Below are positions 60,337-64,000 of a stretch of DNA of 64,000 bases, one piece after another (position 1 is the first letter of the stretch; every line of letters starts with the position of its first letter). The DNA is taken from assembly GCA_049321005.1 (NCBI GenBank), contig JBMOQL010000009.1, positions 5,455 to 69,454 of the forward strand, given 5' to 3'. Under the pieces are notes generated by a model. It was not told the DNA's origin and did not search any database. It was given only the letters and a program-made list of their open reading frames with translations. Source of the stretch: Pseudomonadota bacterium. GTDB taxonomy: Bacteria; Pseudomonadota; Gammaproteobacteria; Burkholderiales; Burkholderiaceae_C. A program made the translations under genes and the position numbers.

Positions 60337-63300
60337 ATGCCCATCCCACCGGCGCCCACCCGCACGGCGCCCGCACCCCGCCTCTGCGCCGAGGCCCTGG
60401 AAGAGCGGCTGCTCTACGCCGCCGACCTGGCGCCAGCCGCGCTGGCCGCGGCCGCCGGTGCGCTGGGCAGCGCGCCCGACGAGGGCCCGGTGTTGCAGCG
60501 CGTGCTCGACGCGCCGGCCGCCGTCCCCAGCGACACCTCGACCCACCAGACCACCCAGGCCCGCGGCGCGGAGATCGTCTTCATCGACGCCGCCGTGCCG
60601 GAGGCCCAGTACCTGCTCGCCGACCTGCAGGCCCAGCGCGCCGCCGGGCGCGACGTGCAGGCCGTGTGGATCGCCGCCGACCAGGACGGCCTGGCCGTGA
60701 TCGGCAGCACGCTGGCCGCTCGTGCCGACCTGGCCGCCGTGCACATCGTCGCCCACGGCGAGCCCGGGGCGCTGCAGATCGGCAGCACGCGGCTGGACGG
60801 CGCCGCGCTGCTGCAGCGCGCGGCCGAGGTCGCCGCCTGGGGCGACGCGCTGGGCGCCGAGGCCGATCTGCTGCTCTACGGTTGCGAGCTGGCCGCCCAG
60901 TCCGCCGGCCAGGCTTTACTGGCCGACCTGGCCGCGCTGACCGGCGCCGACGTGGCCGCCAGCACCGACGCCACCGGCTCTGCCCTGCTCGGCGGCGACT
61001 GGACGCTGGAGGCCGCCACCGGCGCCATCCAGGCCGCGCGCGCCTTCAGCGCCGCAGCTGAAGGCCACTGGGCCGGCCTGCTGGCCAGCCCCACGCCCTC
61101 GTCCACCGGCACCGCCGTCTGGGCCGAGGCCGGCTACAGCAGCCCGCAGACCGGAGCCTGGGACGGCGTGTCGCTCTCCGCAGCACAGCAGGCCAGCGCG
61201 GTGACCGCCGGCTGGGTCAACCTGACCGGCGCCGCATCGGCCACGCGCGACGAGGTCATCCTGGCCGGCGTCGATGCCAACGGCGTCATCCGCGCCCAGA
61301 TGTGGAATGGCAGCGCCTGGGCCGAGATCGGTGGCGGCCCGCTGGGCACGGCCAGCGTGGGCGACCGCCTGAGCGTGGCCGTGGCCTACGAGAAGACCGG
61401 CGACGCCGTGCTGGTGTGGGACAACGGCAGCGGCCTGAGCTACCGGGTCTGGAACGGCAGCAGCTGGACGGCCACGCAGGCGGTGGCCGCCTATGCGGGC
61501 GCCGAGCCGCAGCGGCTGCAACTCGTCAGCAACCCGGTGCGCGACGAGATGATCCTGGTGGTCAGCGACGCCGCGGCCGACGACCGCGCGCTGGTGTGGA
61601 ACGGCAGCACCTGGGGCCACGGCGTGCTGCTGGACGCCAGCAACAGCTCGCGCCTGTACCAGACCGGCCTGGCCGTGGCCTACGAGTCGCTCAGTGGCCA
61701 CGCGCTGGTGGCCTGGGGCGAGTCGGGCGACCCCAACGTCTACTACAGCACCTGGAACGGCACGCAGTGGTCCTCGGCCAATGCGGCCAGCGACTTCGAC
61801 GACGACGCCAGCCTGGTGCCGCAGTACATCAAGCTGGCCAGCGACCCGCGCAGCGACCGCATCGCCCTGGCGGTGACCCTGACCGACGGCGCCAACGCGC
61901 AGCAGGCGGCCTTTGCCATCTGGAGCGGCAGCGGCTGGAGCGGCCTGGCGCTGCCCGCCTCGGGCAACGACATCGGCTCGGCTGCCGACGTGGCCTTCGA
62001 CAGCCGCAGCGGCACGCTGCTGGCCGTCTACCAGGGCGCCGACAACAAGCTGCAGTACCGCACACACACGGCAGCCGGCGGCTGGTCGGCCGAAGCGGCC
62101 GGGCCGGACGTGGGCAACAAGCCCATGGCCCTGGACCTGGTGGCCGATGAGGGCAGCTCGCGCATCATGCTGGCCGCCCAGCGCGTCAACGGCAGCATCG
62201 TCTACGTGGCCTGGGACGGCGGCGCCTGGGACAGCGCGTCGCTGCGCGATGTGGGCAGCACCTCGGGCAACACCTCCGGCGCCCAGCCCTTCGGCTTCAT
62301 CTGGTCGCGCTACACCGCGCCCAAGACGCACACGTTGTGGGTCTCGCCCGATGCCACCTCGTCCAGCCCCGGCTGGTCGGGCGTGAACCGCACGGCCGAC
62401 AGCGCGCTGCTGGAGCTGGGGCCCGCGGGGCTGCAATACGGCAGCAGCAGCGCCGGCACCCTGCGCCACCTGCTGGACCTGCGCGCGCTGGCCAGCGGCG
62501 GCAATGCCGCCGCCTTCGGCCTGGACGACGTGGTGCTGGTGTCACGCGACCTGACGCTGGCCGGCGGCGTGCAGCTCAGGCGCGGGGACATCCTCTTTTC
62601 CACCGACCTGTCCGTCACGTTGACCGGCAACAGCACGCTGGCCAGCAACAGCGCGTTGACGGCCGATGCCAACGACGTGCTCATCTACCGCCCGGACGTG
62701 GCGGGCGATCTGTCGCGCGGGCAGGTGGTCAAGCTCATCGATGCCATGGGCAGCGACCTGCTGGGCGGCGCGGTCGACATCCAGGGCCTGGCCCTGGTGG
62801 AGCAGACGACGACCATCGCCGGCCAGAGCGTGGCCGCTGGCACCCTGCTCTTCACCGTGGGCGACAGCCGCGTGCTGCGCTATGCGCCCTCCGGCGTGCT
62901 GCTGGGGCTGGTCACCGGCAACACCAGCGTGCTGCTGGATGCCTCGGCCGTGGGCGTGGACGCCGGCATCCGCGCGCTGGAGTTGGTGAGCGCGCCCCTG
63001 ACCCTGCCCGGCGGCGTGAGCCTGGCCGCCGGCAGCCTGCTGCTGGCGCTCAATGGCGCGGACGGCGCCATCGGCAGCAATGGCCTGGCCACGCGGCAGG
63101 AGGACGTCGTCGCCCTGCACGCCACCAGCGCCAGCGCGGCCACCGCGCAGATCGTGGTGGACGGCTCCGACCTGGGCGCCGGCAGCGTGGCCTTCGACGC
63201 CCTGGCCCTGAGCCTGGACGCCGCACCGGTGATCACCAGCCACGGCGGCGCGGCCAGCGTGGCGCTGTCGCAGGCCGAGGGCATGCAGCCGGTGCTGACC

Positions 63301-64000
63301 ACGGTGACGGCCACCGACGCCGAAGGCAGCCCGCTGAGCTGGACGCTCACCGGCGCGGATGCCGCCCGCTTCACGCTCGACAGCCAGGGCCGGCTGCGCT
63401 TTGCCAGCGCACCGGACCACGAGGCCCCGGCCGATGCCGACGGCGACAACGTCTACCAGGTCAGCGTGCGCGTGTCCGACGGCACCGAGGCGCGCGAGCA
63501 GGCCTTTGCGGTGACGGTGACGGATGCCAACGAGGCGCCGCAGATCACCTCGGCCGGCGGCGCGGCCTATGCCACGCTCGACCACCCCGCCGGCAGCACC
63601 GCGGTGACGACGGTGACGGCCAGCGACGCGGACGCCGGCTCGGTCCTCACGTGGCAGATCGTGGCCGGCCTGGGCGATGCGGCGCTCTTCAGCATCGACG
63701 CGGCCACCGGGGCGCTGAGCTTCAACAGCCCGCCGGCCGTGGTGCCCGGCGGCGACAACACCTACGACGTCACCGTGCGCGTGAGCGACGGCAGCCTCAG
63801 CGACGAGCAGCGCCTGTCCATCACCGTGACGCAGGGCAGCCCACCCATCGCCTTTGCCGATGGCGCGGCGGTCTCCCGCACCGTGGCCGAGGGCCAGCGC
63901 GACGTGACGGTGCTGCTGGCCAGCGGCGGCAGCGGCCCGCTCAGCTACATGCTCACCGGCGGCGATGCGGACCGCTTCGAGATCGTCACCGTGGGCAGCG
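60337..64000 (+). CDS. giant DUF4347 domain / cadherin-repeat surface protein (3' end off window)
   Basis: Frame 1 is open from ATG 60337 to the window end; it is absent from the ORF track because no stop is reached. LEERLLYAADL, EIVFIDAAVP, VHIVAHGEPGALQIG, LLLYGCELA and LTGADVAASTD form the DUF4347 signature. Cadherin-like repeats (..DGDNVYQVSVRVSDG..) appear from about 63.2 kb. Confidence 0.8.
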   Translation, partial: MPIPPAPTRTAPAPRLCAEALEERLLYAADLAPAALAAAAGALGSAPDEGPVLQRVLDAPAAVPSDTSTHQTTQARGAEIVFIDAAVPEAQYLLADLQAQRAAGRDVQAVWIAADQDGLAVIGSTLAARADLAAVHIVAHGEPGALQIGSTRLDGAALLQRAAEVAAWGDALGAEADLLLYGCELAAQSAGQALLADLAALTGADVAASTDATGSALLGGDWTLEAATGAIQAARAFSAAAEGHWAGLLASPTPSSTGTAVWAEAGYSSPQTGAWDGVSLSAAQQASAVTAGWVNLTGAASATRDEVILAGVDANGVIRAQMWNGSAWAEIGGGPLGTASVGDRLSVAVAYEKTGDAVLVWDNGSGLSYRVWNGSSWTATQAVAAYAGAEPQRLQLVSNPVRDEMILVVSDAAADDRALVWNGSTWGHGVLLDASNSSRLYQTGLAVAYESLSGHALVAWGESGDPNVYYSTWNGTQWSSANAASDFDDDASLVPQYIKLASDPRSDRIALAVTLTDGANAQQAAFAIWSGSGWSGLALPASGNDIGSAADVAFDSRSGTLLAVYQGADNKLQYRTHTAAGGWSAEAAGPDVGNKPMALDLVADEGSSRIMLAAQRVNGSIVYVAWDGGAWDSASLRDVGSTSGNTSGAQPFGFIWSRYTAPKTHTLWVSPDATSSSPGWSGVNRTADSALLELGPAGLQYGSSSAGTLRHLLDLRALASGGNAAAFGLDDVVLVSRDLTLAGGVQLRRGDILFSTDLSVTLTGNSTLASNSALTADANDVLIYRPDVAGDLSRGQVVKLIDAMGSDLLGGAVDIQGLALVEQTTTIAGQSVAAGTLLFTVGDSRVLRYAPSGVLLGLVTGNTSVLLDASAVGVDAGIRALELVSAPLTLPGGVSLAAGSLLLALNGADGAIGSNGLATRQEDVVALHATSASAATAQIVVDGSDLGAGSVAFDALALSLDAAPVITSHGGAASVALSQAEGMQPVLTTVTATDAEGSPLSWTLTGADAARFTLDSQGRLRFASAPDHEAPADADGDNVYQVSVRVSDGTEAREQAFAVTVTDANEAPQITSAGGAAYATLDHPAGSTAVTTVTASDADAGSVLTWQIVAGLGDAALFSIDAATGALSFNSPPAVVPGGDNTYDVTVRVSDGSLSDEQRLSITVTQGSPPIAFADGAAVSRTVAEGQRDVTVLLASGGSGPLSYMLTGGDADRFEIVTVGS

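Overview
High-GC (about 70%, GC3-rich) betaproteobacterial chromosome, probably Burkholderiales (inference from gene content and order). The backbone is ordinary housekeeping: chrA, glpK/glpD, glmS, glmU, ttcA, folB, cca, rsmA-surA-lptD, an amgK-like kinase, rhlE and three small PEP-CTERM proteins. An accessory block of about 19 kb (roughly 7.9-27.0 kb) interrupts it, bounded by a truncated VOC/PhnB-like pseudogene on the left and the 3' end of glmS on the right. The block carries: (i) an orphan Nmad2-like gene; (ii) a Type I R-M locus hsdM-hsdS-[GIY-YIG/DUF4357]-[AAA ATPase]-[RloB-like]-hsdR; (iii) a large orphan protein with a GATase1-like N-terminus; (iv) a visibly AT-richer segment (about 20.4-27.0 kb). 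The best candidate for a novel system lies in that AT-richer segment. It is a six-gene operon with overlapping start/stop codons: RHH regulator, beta-class N4/N6 DNA methyltransferase, miniature BglII/BamHI-fold endonuclease-like protein, ParB/Srx-like protein, SNF2-family helicase and DUF3883 (PD-(D/E)xK) protein. I do not recognise this combination as a named defence system. A second unusual locus (52.5-64 kb) combines two HlyD-type adaptors, a PqqD-like/M50 peptidase/HlyD fusion and a truncated SecA-like motor ATPase, directly upstream of a giant DUF4347/cadherin-repeat protein. No canonical T1SS ABC transporter is visible in the window. No rRNA, tRNA, CRISPR array, integrase or transposase was found. 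Many long ORFs in the six-frame track are antisense or alternative-frame shadows typical of high-GC DNA and were not called. All domain calls rest on motif recognition by eye, not on database searches.
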